Position numbers and translations under genes: made by a program
The notes under the pieces: model-generated
The model's database searches: none
Told to the model about the DNA's origin: nothing
What the model saw: the letters and a program-made list of their open reading frames with translations, nothing else
Part shown: positions 63,650 to 64,000 of the stretch, one piece after another
Layout: each line of letters opens with the position of its first letter
Numbering within the stretch: position 1 is the first letter of the stretch
Virus record (IMG/VR): IMGVR_UViG_3300026270_000004
Coordinates: 1-64,000 of that record
Origin: a virus
Taxonomy: Duplodnaviria; Caudoviricetes
Length of the DNA stretch: 64,000 bases
Direction: 5' to 3' (one strand)

Positions 63650-63815
63650 CTAATTCTTTAACATCATTAATGTCCCATTCGCTTACCCACTCATCAATTA
63701 CATCAAATTTGTTTATATTTTGATGTGCTAATTCTCTTGCTTCGTTCTCATTTTCCGCATCAACTTCGATGGTGAAATAGTTAATCTCCGCACATTCAAT
63801 TAGAAATGATTTCAT
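63627..63815 (-). CDS. Small acidic protein, DpnD/PcfM-like motif
   Basis: IEVDAENENEARELA motif. Overlaps both neighbours. Confidence 0.6.
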   Translation of the reverse strand: MKSFLIECAEINYFTIEVDAENENEARELAHQNINKFDVIDEWVSEWDINDVKELDEDGCAK

Positions 63816-64000
63816 AATGCCACCTCATAACATAGACCTTCTGCAATGAAATAATCGCATAATTGTTGATACTGATTTAATTCATTATAAAGATCACAAT
63901 CTATCAAGAATTGTGCCATCTCTATTTGTAAATCAGGTGGTAAAATACCACTATCGTAAGCATCTAATTGTAATGCTAATTTCTTTGGAATTGTTGTCAT
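63812..64000 (-). CDS. Hypothetical early protein (62 aa)
   Basis: AYDSG.L......MAQFLID...Y...C..FI.EGLC. ATG at the window edge. Confidence 0.6.
   Translation of the reverse strand: MTTIPKKLALQLDAYDSGILPPDLQIEMAQFLIDCDLYNELNQYQQLCDYFIAEGLCYEVAL

Noticed and set aside
1-64000. Auxiliary metabolic genes, homing endonucleases, introns, integrase or IS elements
   Set aside because: None were recognisable in this window. Bilin biosynthesis and lyase genes relevant to the phycobiliprotein hypothesis would have to lie elsewhere in the genome.

Overview
The window is about 64 kb of a T4-like marine cyanomyophage (Kyanoviridae-type). All credible genes are on the minus strand. Read in transcription order (right to left), it starts with an AT-rich cluster of small early-type ORFs carrying sigma70-like promoters and DnaA-box-like 9-mers (about 61.3-64 kb), then a palindrome-rich non-coding junction (about 61.0-61.3 kb). 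The late virion module follows: NlpC/P60, AbrB-like, a 1230-aa Cys-rich protein, PAAR, gp25, gp6, a giant 9560-aa gp7, a YHYH protein, a gp9-like protein, gp8, a VrlC/DUF4815 protein, a 2574-aa fiber, gp13, gp14 and a partial gp15. The main discovery is inside gp7. Residues about 5476-8299 are not a tandem array. They are 27 copies of a ~105-aa Cys/His module inserted recursively into one another, and by manual parsing they form a fully balanced tree 11 levels deep with two circularly permuted copies. That tree sits inside a split LamG-like domain, which sits inside three nested helical domains. These helical domains, seven in total, resemble phycobiliprotein subunits, and six keep a Cys at the bilin-attachment position (CxRD in four). 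This suggests a branched and possibly bilin-carrying virion appendage. All domain calls come from reading motifs by eye; no database searches were run.
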